Shown: positions 53,033 through 64,000 of the stretch, in pieces
How the letters are laid out: each line of letters starts with the position of its first letter
How positions within the stretch are numbered: position 1 is the stretch's first letter
DNA from: Octopus sinensis
Taxonomy: Eukaryota
DNA: 64,000 bases
Reading direction: 5' to 3'
NCBI RefSeq assembly: GCF_006345805.1
Contig: NC_042998.1
Location: forward strand, 131,936,001-132,000,000
The notes under the pieces: model-generated
Told to the model about the DNA's origin: nothing
Seen by the model: the letters and a program-made list of their open reading frames with translations, nothing else
Database searches by the model: none
Program-made: the position numbers and the translations under genes

Positions 53033-53360
53033 GTAACCAGAGTTAGCGGTTGGAATGGCCGTCTAAGGGATAAGAATATCTGTTCTTATTAACGGTATCA
53101 TAGACCAATGCCACCCTGGGCATGGGTATGCAAGTACACTGTACTCATAGTGTACAGGTAATAACTGTTAAACAAAAGTTTATCCGGAATTCTAATTTAT
53201 ATAAGCAGAAAATGGAGAAAACTTTTCATCAACAAACAAAATGAGTAACAATGGTTACTTATTTTTTAATACAAAACATAACATATCATTACATCACACT
53301 TCTTACGGCCGTTTCGGTTGCCGATGTCAATCGGTGCTTACAAAGAAAATTATAAAGATA
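53033..53360 (-). mobile_element. Penelope-like terminal fragment carrying the 3' half of a hammerhead (53299-53337)
   Basis: Minus strand ccgattgacatcgg-caacc-GAAA-CGGCCG-TA-agaag with palindromic stem III; the CUGANGA half is absent. Confidence 0.5.
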
Positions 53361-53477
53361 AATATATGTATATATTCAGGTTCGTGGTGTATTACTGCTT
53401 TTGTGTATATGTACCATGATACAGATGTACATTACAAACGTCTGCATGAGAATACATCTGAATAATATAAAAAACTG

Positions 53478-53790
53478 GCTCTTTGTCGGTTACGACGGCA
53501 GGAATTCCAGTAGATTCAATCAACGAAACTTGCTGCTCTTGAAATTAATGTGTAAGTCTCTGAGTACTCCTCAGATACGCGCACCTTTAACGTAGTTCAC
53601 AGAGAGATTCAGCGCGACACAGAAATATAGGTATAACTGTGAAATATAGGTATAACTCATCGTGTGACAGTGAGTGGACTGGAGCAACCTGGAATAAAGT
53701 GTCTTGTCGAAGGAGGCAACACAGCGCCAGGAATCGAACTCACGACCTTAAAATCCTGAACTAAATACTCTAACTAATAAGCCACGCGCC
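53478..53790 (-). mobile_element. tRNA-derived SINE family D
   Basis: Minus-strand head ggcgcgtggcttattagttagagt...gtgagttcgattcctgg (A and B boxes), followed by gcaagacactt-like and gctccagtccactca motifs. Confidence 0.75.
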
Positions 53791-53828
53791 CCCACATATG
53801 TATATATATATATGGTGTGTGTGTGTGT

Positions 53829-53880
<52 letters not shown>

Positions 53881-53943
53881 TGTGTGTGAAAATACATAAG
53901 GCATACATGCATATAAGCATGCATACATACATACATACATACA

Positions 53944-53974
<31 letters not shown>

Positions 53975-55099
53975 CGAGTAACACAAATGTAATATAATAA
54001 ATTGTAAATTCTTTATGATTATCAATAAAACTTGAAGATAATCATTCCGTCAAGATTGCTGAAAAATCTAAAAACAACCTGCAAGAGAGACAGTTGCAGT
54101 AAGATTAATTAGTTGAAATTTCTGAAAACTATGCACACACCTATATTGGTGAGGATCTGGTTTTTATGACATCAGTCAAGGTAACGGATAATTTTCAGTT
54201 ATATTAGAAGCGAAGTTCTCAAGACTAAGTGTGATCAAATGTAAGGGAAGTTATGAGATTGATAATGTATTCTAACAGATTGGATAAAGAGAAATAGCTC
54301 AAATTACTGCTCTGCACTCTAAACAAAAATACTGTAGTATCTCAAATATGTGTAAACGAAACTTATATTAAAAAAATTGCTTGACTATTCATCATCAACA
54401 AATATGAAATCCTAGTCTTAGATAGATTCCACTTAGAGAACATATAAATTTATGTGCAATAACCAAACATTCAAAATTCCAATTGCTCCCACCTTACCGC
54501 TGTTCGGACAAACCGCAGATTAAACACAGATAAGCAAAGCAAAACATATTTATTTAAAAAATATAAACCATGCCTGAACAAGCAGTAACGATGTATCGCA
54601 AAGACATAAAATCGCCAAGATATTACACTTTTGTTGTTCCCACTTTCTCATACAAACACGTAGCTATATACACGATAATACACATGACACAGTCATGACA
54701 TTTGGCGAAATTATCATCCATGCTGCCACATGATCTTTGGATAAAGTCGCATTGCGCAGCTGTGGTTCATACTCTTACATGATGCACTCGATGAAGTAAC
54801 AAAGCTGTTCCTACGGTGTTGTGACTTAACATACAGGCAGCGTGGGGAACGAACTATATTCTGTGTTTTTATCTATAACTATATTCAACCAGTCACACCC
54901 TTTCTTAGTTTATGGCAATTTGGACCATAACCAGTTTGAACTGGAAACCTTGAACCGATAAACTAATCCTCCTAAATTAATCCTCCTAAAAACTCTAAGT
55001 AATTTTCGATTTTACACATGCATACACATACATGTGTTCATTATATGTATGTGTGGGTGTATATATATAATACATGCATTATATATATATATATATATA

Positions 55100-55472
55100 G
55101 CAATTAAGGACAACTACTTAATAAGGAAAACTAACAAGAAATTGTCAGGTAGATAGCGTAAAAAACCTCATAAGAGAAAAAAATTTCGAAAATAATTATT
55201 TCTTATTGAACATATTAATTTATATATAGAGGGCATTATACATACATGCCAGGAGGCATTCTACATACACGCCATACGCTAAGAGGGACAATCAGTCATT
55301 TCTACCAAAAATATTACTAATCCCACCGAATGCAATTTTTCTTTGAAAAATTGCATTCGGTGGGATTAGTAATATTTTGGTAGAAATGACTGATTGTCCC
55401 TCTTAGCGTAGTGGCGTGTATGTAGAATGCTCCTGGCATGTATGTATAATGCCCTCTATATATAAATTAATA
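55100..55472. mobile_element. Penelope-like terminal fragment with a 260-bp fold-back palindrome (55213-55472)
   Basis: Arms are reverse complements (a few single-base indels) around a 3-nt TTT loop at 55342-55344; (TA)n flanks. Confidence 0.75.
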
Positions 55473-55799
55473 ATATATATATTATATATATATTATATAT
55501 ATATAGTGCATGTATTATATATATACACCCACACATACATATATGAAAACAATGTACTATATATATATAAATTACATGTAGATACATATATGTATATGAA
55601 CACATTTTATATATTTTAGACTGTAAGCCATAGACCTTTTACTCTGTGTTAGAGATAGGCCCTGCGAAAAGCGCAGATACGCTCTCCGTGGGCCTTATCT
55701 ATCACAATAAAGAATACACTCTACATAATTATGCATTCATTTCTCATTTAAACTATGGCCTTCACAGATTTATATTGGGTATATTCCATGCATTATAAA

Positions 55800-55831
<32 letters not shown>

Positions 55832-56242
55832 TGTGTGTGCGTGCGTGCGCGTGCATGTATTCTATTTAATATAGTAAAAAGGCATATTGCATTGTTGTTC
55901 AATGAATAAGCGAAAATTGCCTATGAAACGTATGAAGAGAATTGAAGGAAGAAATATCATTCTGTAAAAAAGATATCAGTATGCGATATCCTATTGTGAC
56001 AGTCTCTAGGAATGATAAGCACCTAATATTCATAGATAAGTATATTAACTATATTGCATTGACTTGTGGGAGACCTATGTAAGTATGAATAGGGATGTAA
56101 GTGTTTATAGAAAGAGATACTCCGGTGTGTGTGTGTGTCTGTGTGTGTGTGTGTGTGTGTGCGTGCGTGTGCGCGCGCTTTTAACCGGAGAGCTACGGTG
56201 ACTTGAAGATCTACAGATTCATGCTAATTATACGCTTATCTC

Positions 56243-56313
<71 letters not shown>

Positions 56314-56314
56314 A

Positions 56315-56353
<39 letters not shown>

Positions 56354-56370
56354 TAGACAGAAAGACAGAT

Positions 56371-56430
<60 letters not shown>

Positions 56431-57083
56431 CGGATACGTGCATAAAATGTGTGTATGTTTTATTGTCCGAGGAGCTACGGTGACTCAAGGGCCTTGAGAT
56501 TCGTGCGTGCCAATGCACTTATCAAAGTTGATAAGTGCATTGATATTTAGATACCTTTAGCACGGATGCATGTCATCAGCATGGTAACGGGTACGAACTG
56601 TTGGCCTCGCAGCTAGTCACTTAGGTTCTCTACTATTTTTTTTTTCCATTAATGGTTCCTTAAATTCGTGAGCTATTGTATGTACGTGTGCGTGTGTGTT
56701 GTGTGGTTGTGCGTGTGATGTTGAGTCCATGACAGAAATGGGTGTTTTGGAAGCAGGGCACGCAAAGGTACGTAATACTAAGATTGGAAAGGGAACTAGA
56801 AAAAATAGAGAAACTCTACCCGCTGCGTTCTTCATCCTCCGTGTCCACTTTTATTCTTGGGTGGTGTTCTTGCAAAGCATCAGGCCATCTCTAACCAAAC
56901 ATAGTTTGATCATTGATATTCAAATTGCGACCATCTCGTTCTTTTTGTTTTTTTTTTGGGGGGGGGGGGTTCTCAGATAAAGCATATCTTCTGAGGGAGC
57001 AACATATGATTAGAGAGAAGAGTGGGGCGACGATTTGACCCCCATGTCTAGCAGGTCAAACGACTGCATAATGACTCACTGTG

Positions 57084-57115
<32 letters not shown>

Positions 57116-57588
57116 TGTGTGAGTGTGTGCGTGTGTCCTTGAATGGTTAACAACAGCCAGGATGATGAACTAGACGTAGGTTGCGGATCGTATCGTTCGT
57201 TGTGGCCCAAGAAGGTTGATAGGTTAGCATTACAGGCGAGAAAAATGTTACAAAAAAGAAAGAAAATAAGAATTTGAGTAGGAAAGTAGTCATAGCAACG
57301 AAATACGGATAGTTACTATTATATGTCTGTTTCTGCCTCATTTTACCATCTCTCTCTCATACACGCACACATGCACACATACACACACACGTACACACAC
57401 AGACACACACACACACTCACTCGTTCACAGGTGTATTTACAACATCATTTAAAGACAGTATCAACAACAACAGCAAGTGGGATGAGGGATTAAGTAAGTT
57501 GAAGGATTTTTGTGCTCTACTGTCAAACCTATTATAACAGCTGCTATCATCATCATCATTTTTAGAAAAGCGGTTACACCCTAACAAG

Positions 57589-57622
<34 letters not shown>

Positions 57623-58179
57623 TTATAACTGTCAGCTGTTACTCGTTTGTTTTTTTTTAAAAAAAACCTTCCTCACCCAGCAGCATTGACCACTTCATAA
57701 AACCATCGTATCCCATCCCATTTGAATACGCCTACAACCTTCAAGTTTATTACTCCAACCACCACTACCGCCACAACCGCTATACCAGCCATTATACTTC
57801 CGTTCACCTACCCGCGACATCAACTATTAAGCATGGTATTTCTATATATAATGTGAAAACAATGACTTATATGGTATGTGTGAATTTGTGTACATATATT
57901 CATATATATAGATATATATAGATATATTTCGGGGCGAATGGTTTTTTTATACGGTGTAGTGTTTGCAATCCTGTAAATAATAATAATGGTATTTTTAAAT
58001 ATGCTTAAAGCTTATGGCGATGACCGTGCAATGAATGACTAAGGAAAATAGACTAATAATGGGGCATATAAGCCTTCGGCAGAAAAAATACAAGGCTTTC
58101 CTATCCACGTGCGAGTCGAACCCACTCTCTCCAGCACCACCGCGATCTGTACATCATTTGTACGACCGCTAGCATTCCT

Positions 58180-58572
58180 CAAACGACCTGAACATTAGCT
58201 TCAAAGTTCATCCAAGACTGGGACCACGGGCCATACGTTCCCTGTCCAATTCAGGATCGCAACATATAGGTACACTGCGACACAATTTCTTTTCCTCAAC
58301 AGGCCCTGTCCTGTTTAACATTGTTCCGAAAGAGATCAAAGAGGAGAGGAAAAGGATTTCATCACCTTTAAACGGAGTCTGGACAAATTTCTTCAAGGAA
58401 TACCAGATAAGCCGCCCATTACCTGGATACAACTCACTCAACAAGAAATCACTACTTGAATGGACCATGATACCACAAAACTTGACTTTAAAAGGATTTA
58501 GATAACTTTATTAGGTGGTGCTATTAAGTTAGACATGGCCCGGACCAATCTTTGGTTGAACATATCTCAGTT
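58180..58572 (+). mobile_element. CR1-group LINE 3' fragment
   Basis: NDLNISFKVHPRLGPRAI...LRHNFFSSTGPVLFNIVPKEIK / FKRSLDKFLQGIPDKP / PGYNSLNKKSLLEW, a typical CR1-type ORF2 C-terminus; frameshifted. Confidence 0.8.
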
Positions 58573-58634
58573 TATATATACTACATAATATATATATAAT
58601 ATATATATTATATATATATATATATAATATATAC

Positions 58635-59374
58635 AATATAAGAGAGGAACCACTATGTGGAAACCCTACGCTAGAAAAAGATCCGCTATGGTCTCAACCA
58701 CTAACAATTGTTCTCCAGAAAATTTAGCACTCCAGAAAAACGTAAGGCGAGCAAGACAAAATGAAAATGACAAAATATAGATTAATCACAAACAATTGTT
58801 TCACACTATCAATAAATTACGTAATTTTACTTACACAACTTATCTGTAGATCGTCAGTGTGATCTCTTTGCAAGATATAATTTGTAGAACTACAACGCCA
58901 GAATCAACACGAGGTCAAAATGCATGTTGTTCCACCTATTATATCTGCGGTTATTTCAAAGCCTTCTTTAGGCGCGCTAAATTACCGGAAATAAATACTG
59001 CATAAATAATTCACTGCAGTAGTTTTCGCCGGTTTGAGAACGTATCAATTTAAAATTAAAATCAAAATGAGGGTGAAAAATTGGATATTAATTTTATAAC
59101 ATCAATTTAACACCAGTGGTCTAGCATATAAAAAAACTGAGATTCAGTAAATAGTACTTTATACATAAATATAAGAGAGGAACCACTATGTGGAAACCCT
59201 TACGCTAGAAAAAGATCCGCTATGGTCTCAACCACTAAGAATTGTTCTCCAGAAAATTTAGCACACCAGAAACGTAAGCGAGCAAGAGAAATGAAAAATA
59301 ACAAAAATATAGATTAATCACAAACAATTGTTTCACTATCAATAAATTACGTAATTTTATCTGTAGATCGTCAG
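58635..59374 (-). mobile_element. Non-coding Penelope-like/retrozyme-like element: 533-bp unit plus partial direct copy
   Basis: 58635-58857 is repeated with indels at 59168-59374; (TA)n flanks; a hammerhead core in each copy. Confidence 0.85.
58785..58863 (-). ncRNA. Type I hammerhead ribozyme motif
   Basis: Minus strand ATCACA-CTGACGA-tCTA...TAGtgt-GAAA-CAATTG-TT-TGTGAT; perfect 6-bp stem I, palindromic stem III ACAATTGT, GUU triplet; the base of stem II is imperfect. Confidence 0.75.
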
Positions 59375-59638
59375 ATTATATATATATAACTGAAGAAGGA
59401 AACGGAAGATAGATTTAACACTAGTCTTTATTCAGTACGACATTCAAAACATGTATGTATGTACATAGAACAAAAATATAGATTAATCACAAACAATTGT
59501 TTCACTATCAATAAATTACGTAATTTTATCTGTAGATCGTCAGATTATATATATATAACTGAAGAAGGAAACGGAAGATAGATTTAACACTAGTCTTTAT
59601 TCAGTACGACATTCAAAACATGTATGTATGTACATAGA
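59300..59638. repeat. Perfect tandem duplication, 169-bp period
   Basis: aacaaaaatatagattaatcac...gtacataga occurs at 59300 and 59469. Confidence 0.9.
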
Positions 59639-60889
59639 CTCATATATATATATATTTCACAATACGATTTGTAGAGGCAATAAGTTATCACTTCTTTTAA
59701 ACGAAGTGTATTACAAAATAGAAAGAAAATGGTGAATCTCCATTCCTCGAATTTCTCTCAAGAAAATTTACGAAACTGATATTTGCTTTTCTCTGTAAAA
59801 TTCTAACAAGTTGCTTTCTTCACAATACAAAATGGACCATGTCTATGTATCTACGTATCTATCACTGTTTCTATTTCGGTATCTCAGCTTATACAAGTGT
59901 AACTTACAAAAATCACGAGCCATGTCCACTTCAATTTCCTCCATTCAGCCATTTCTGAAAATATTGTAGAATGATTATTTTCTTACAGACAATTTTTAAA
60001 ATTCACTTTATCATCGAGCAGTTTATCCTAAATAAAGAACATGTAATTTCATAAAGCTAAGCAAGCGATGCAACGGCAGCGTTCTAACACGTTTTCTACC
60101 TCAATCTCTCGATTTCACAATAGGAAATTACACGTAATCAATTATATATTGCGTTGAGTAGTGTTGGGGCTCCACCAGATGGGATTTTTATCAATTTTTT
60201 TTTTCTGTGTCAACTTTTATTTTATCTTATTTCATTTTATTTACCTGAATGGATGGATGGATGGATAGACAGGCAAGTGGGTTTTCTGATCCTAAGTAAC
60301 CACACTCATATCCCGCAGCTCATATCTCGATCACTCACTCACCCGCTGCCCTAGATCTGCAAAGAGTAAACAGTCACGTTAGATAATCTCTTGCTGTTCA
60401 GTTTTGCCCAGAAAGCTGTGCATTGTATTACTTTACAGCTTTTGAGGTGAGTAACTAAAATTTTCTTTTAGAGCTGGACGAGTTCGTAAATGATTTTGTC
60501 ACCTGACACAAGAGTGTCACAACAATCTAGAAATTTTCGATGACTAATTGGAACCATCTATGACTTTAATCCATAGAAAAAAAATCGGCTCACTGGGAAC
60601 ACGAAATTAATTGATTTGTAAGGGATCAGCTTAAATTGAATGTTCAGGTAGTTACAGTACAGCCAACCGTCACTGGTGAGAGAGTAATACTTGGTAACAA
60701 GTACCATGCATTCGCTTATTATTATGACTGCTTGTGTAATCAAAAGCAGACGTAGACATCCACTCGGCTTCGTCACCCTTGACGCAGTTGCTGGAGGTTT
60801 AACTCTGTTGGCATCAGCTTGGCATTCATTTTCAGTGGAGTATTCTGTGACTGATACGAATTATAAGAGATATGAAAAAATATGTAATC

Positions 60890-61360
60890 AGGTGCAGGAG
60901 CGGCTGAGTGGTAAGAAATTTGTTCTCCAACCACATAGTTCTGGGTTCAGTCCCACTACGTAGCACTTTGGGCGAGTGTCTTCTACTATAGCCCCGGGGT
61001 GCAAAAGCCTTGTGCGCGGATTTGATTGACGGAAAGTGAAAGAAAACCACCGTAAACATGTGTGTATGTATGTATACATGTATTGTACATGTATGCATGA
61101 GTGTATGTGTGTGTGCGCGCGTGTGAGTATCAATGTGTGTGTGTCTTTGTGTTTGTTCCCCACCACAGCTTGACAAACGGTGTTGGTTTCTTTACGTCGC
61201 TTTAACTTAGCGGTTCTGATAAAGATACGTTAGAACAAGTAAGTACCATGCTTTAAAATAAATAAGACCTGGGAATAATTTTCTGGCTAAAAACCCTTCA
61301 AGACTGTGCCCCAACATGGCCACATTCCAATGGCTAATACGAGCAAAAGATAAAAGATAT
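60890..61360 (+). mobile_element. SINE family C
   Basis: aggtgcaggagcggctgagtggtaag...gggttcagtcccact head; tail aaaagataaaagat. Confidence 0.9.
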
Positions 61361-61612
61361 AAGTATATTATTTTGCATTTAATTTTCTTTGAGGGGACAA
61401 GGTGACTGCTTTATCTACTAAAAGTGAGTAAATTTGGCAGCTAGCTACATAATTGTATCAGGTGTCGGACTATATTCGACCTTCACCAACAACTCCGCTA
61501 TCATCTACACAACGACCAATTTATCTCTAGGTGGACGTTGTTTATTAAGGGGTACATTCACAACATTTCATACACAACTGCACCAAAGTTACCCCCAAGT
61601 GTCAAAACGATC

Positions 61613-61667
61613 TACTACTACTACTATAATACTACTACTACTACTTAGTATTAGTAGTAGTAGTAAG

Positions 61668-61705
<38 letters not shown>

Positions 61706-61787
61706 TTGTTGTTCTTGTTGTTGTTGCTGTATCAAGAAAACAACTGTATTAATAATGATAATGACAACGGTGATGATAAGAAGAGGA

Positions 61788-61828
<41 letters not shown>

Positions 61829-61850
61829 AATAACAATAATAATAATAATA

Positions 61851-61893
<43 letters not shown>

Positions 61894-61910
61894 AACAATA
61901 ATAATAAATA

Positions 61911-61961
<51 letters not shown>

Positions 61962-62024
61962 TAATAATAATAAAAAATAACAACAACAAGAACAATAATA
62001 ATAGTAATAATAATAATAATAATA

Positions 62025-62062
<38 letters not shown>

Positions 62063-62090
62063 GCAAGAGTAACAATATAACAATAATAAT
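61613..62090. repeat. Triplet microsatellite cluster (CTA, GTA, TTG, GAT, AAT)
   Basis: Direct reading. Confidence 0.95.
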
Positions 62091-62487
62091 TCGGTCGTTT
62101 ATCATTCATCATTTCTGCTACCTGTTAATATGTAAGGTAACGGTATCTATAGAATTGTCTTCATTAGTCAACTCAGCTTACTCAAAATAAATAATAGGGT
62201 CGAAAAGATTACTAATGGCATTTGCTTGACAACCATATTATATAGGTTACATACCATTGGAACTGGGGCCCCGGTGCTTATCCTATTCATATTCTGGCTA
62301 TCATTTACTGAGAGACTATAAAGGATTAGAAACATGGCCGGGAAAAACAAGAGTGGGGAAGGAAATAGTATGAGCAAAAGCAAGGTCGACTGCAGTAACG
62401 TAATCAGGAAGAGGAGGATATTTGTGTGTGTAGGTGTGTATGCATACATATATACATACATGCATACGTATATATATATATATATAT

Positions 62488-62892
62488 ACAATTGCAGCGT
62501 GGAAGGTGTTTATAAGCCATTTAAGAAACACACAAAAGTCGTTCGATTCACTTCAACATTTAAGTTTAATTTGTCAAAATATTTTCGTCGCTAAAATCCG
62601 CGACCTGTTCACTGACAAAAGTCCGTGCTGCATCTCGGAGATGCAGCACGGTTTTTTGTCAGTGAACAGGTCGCGGATTTTAGCGAGATGCAGCACGGAT
62701 TTTTGTCAGTGAACAGGTCGCGGATTTTAGCGACGAAAATATTTTGACAAATTAAACTTAAATGTTGAAGTGAATCGAACGGCTTTTGTGTGTTTCTTAA
62801 ATGGCTTATAAACACCTTCCACGCTGCAATTGTTTTCGTTTCAGCACACGATCTCAGATCAAATTACTTGCTATGCGAGTACATCTCCGTAA
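62488..62892. mobile_element. Penelope-like element forming a fold-back palindrome (62488-62833) with a 47-nt internal re-start
   Basis: Apex catctc-g-gagatg (62631-62643); gagatgcagcacgg restarts at 62685; arms nearly identical; (TA)n flanks. Confidence 0.85.
62702..62751 (+). ncRNA. Type I hammerhead fold with variant core GUGAACA (G3-C8); mirror copy on the minus strand at 62570-62619
   Basis: TTTGTCA-GTGAACA-g-GTCGC ggatttta GCGAC-GAAA-ATAT-TT-TGACAAA: perfect 7-bp stem I, 5-bp stem II, palindromic AATATT stem III. Confidence 0.7.
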
Positions 62893-63089
62893 TATATATA
62901 TATATATATAATATATATATATATGAATACATGTACACATACATATATATCTATACATCTATATTATAATTAAGTACAAATACATTGATATAAATTCATT
63001 AACAATGCTAAATAATGCAATATAAATACATATATATATATATATTATATATATATATATATATACATTCAAATATACATTCATATATG

Positions 63090-63474
63090 TATTCTTTTTT
63101 TAATTCTTTTATTCGTTTCAGTCATTTAACTGCGGCCATTCTGGAGCATGGCTGCAGACGAAGAAATCGACCCCAGGACTTATTCTTTGTTTGCTTGGTA
63201 CTTATTCTATCTGTTTCTTTTGCCGTACCACTAGGTTACGGAACGTAAACATGCCAACATCGGTTGTCAAGCGATGGTGGGAAGACAGATACAGAAACAT
63301 ATATATATATATATATATATATACGATGGGCTTCTTTCGGTTTCAGTCTTCCAAATCCACTAATAAGGACCGAGAATATAGAAGCCACTTCCCCAAGATG
63401 CCACGCAGTGGGATTGAACCCAAAATCATGTAGGTGGGAAGCAAGCTTCTTACCACACAGCCACACTTGCACCT
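63090..63474 (-). mobile_element. SINE family C
   Basis: Reverse complement of 31068-31487-type sequence, head ending ccacacagccacacttgcacct. Confidence 0.9.
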
Positions 63475-63889
63475 ATATGTGTGTGCGTGTAATATATATG
63501 TATGTAAATGTATATATATATGTGTGTATGTATACAATATATATATATATGTATGTATATATAATACAAATAATATATATATGCATATATGGGTAAAGGA
63601 CGTCACCAACAGTGAACAACAAGAAATACGAAAACAAATGTGTTAAACACGCAAATAACGAGAGAACAAAAGGCACAAGTAATATAAAGAACGACCTTTC
63701 ATCAGTTGTCAGCTGTGTATCTACTCCCCATTTCGAGCAATCAACATATGTATATATATTTATGTGTGTGTGTGTATGTGTGTGTGTGTGTAAGTATATG
63801 TGTGTATATGTGTGTATGTATGTATGTATGTACCTACGTAAACACAGTTAAAATATTTCGAATATTTCTTCGTGATTCCCACGTTTATT

Positions 63890-64000
63890 ATAAAGCTAAG
63901 CAGTGTAGCTTTAAAATAAGAGCTGGGTCAATTTGTCTGACTAATCGTTTCAAGATGGCGCCCCAACATGGCCGCATTCCAGTGACTGAAACATGTAAAA
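63890..64000 (+). mobile_element. SINE family C 3' fragment
   Basis: ctgggtcaatttgtctgactaa...ccccaacatggccgcattccagtgactgaaaca. Confidence 0.7.

Noticed and set aside
54716-54853. Minus-strand reading VRSPRCLYVKSQHRRNSFVTSSSAS followed by a GTAAGA donor
   Set aside because: No pyrimidine tract at the acceptor and an in-frame stop just upstream.
63590-63755. Repeat with GCTC-GAAA and CTGATGA on the minus strand
   Set aside because: I could not close stems I and III around a UH site; possibly a Penelope-like fragment but not supportable as a ribozyme.

Overview
This is eukaryotic, AT-rich, microsatellite-saturated non-coding DNA. Its repeat families (several tRNA-derived SINEs, mariner/Tc1, hAT, Helitron, Chapaev3-like and non-LTR retroelement remnants) look like those of a coleoid cephalopod (Octopus-like) genome; that assignment is an inference. 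I recognise no intact host protein-coding gene. Nearly all ORFs in the track are translations of simple repeats or SINEs, and the only recognisable proteins are decayed transposon fragments. Strong plus-strand splice signals (candidate micro-exons and a possible recursive splice site) suggest the window may lie inside long introns of a plus-strand gene. The most notable hidden content is a set of unrelated, non-coding, mostly (TA)n-flanked Penelope-like/retrozyme-like elements carrying type I hammerhead ribozyme folds. One fold has a canonical core with a GUC site (29987-30088, minus) inside a 475-bp tandem unit. Another has the tertiary C3-G8 pair swapped to G3-C8 (62702-62751). Several of these elements form long fold-back palindromes. 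All structures and translations were read by eye, and boundaries of degenerate repeats are approximate.
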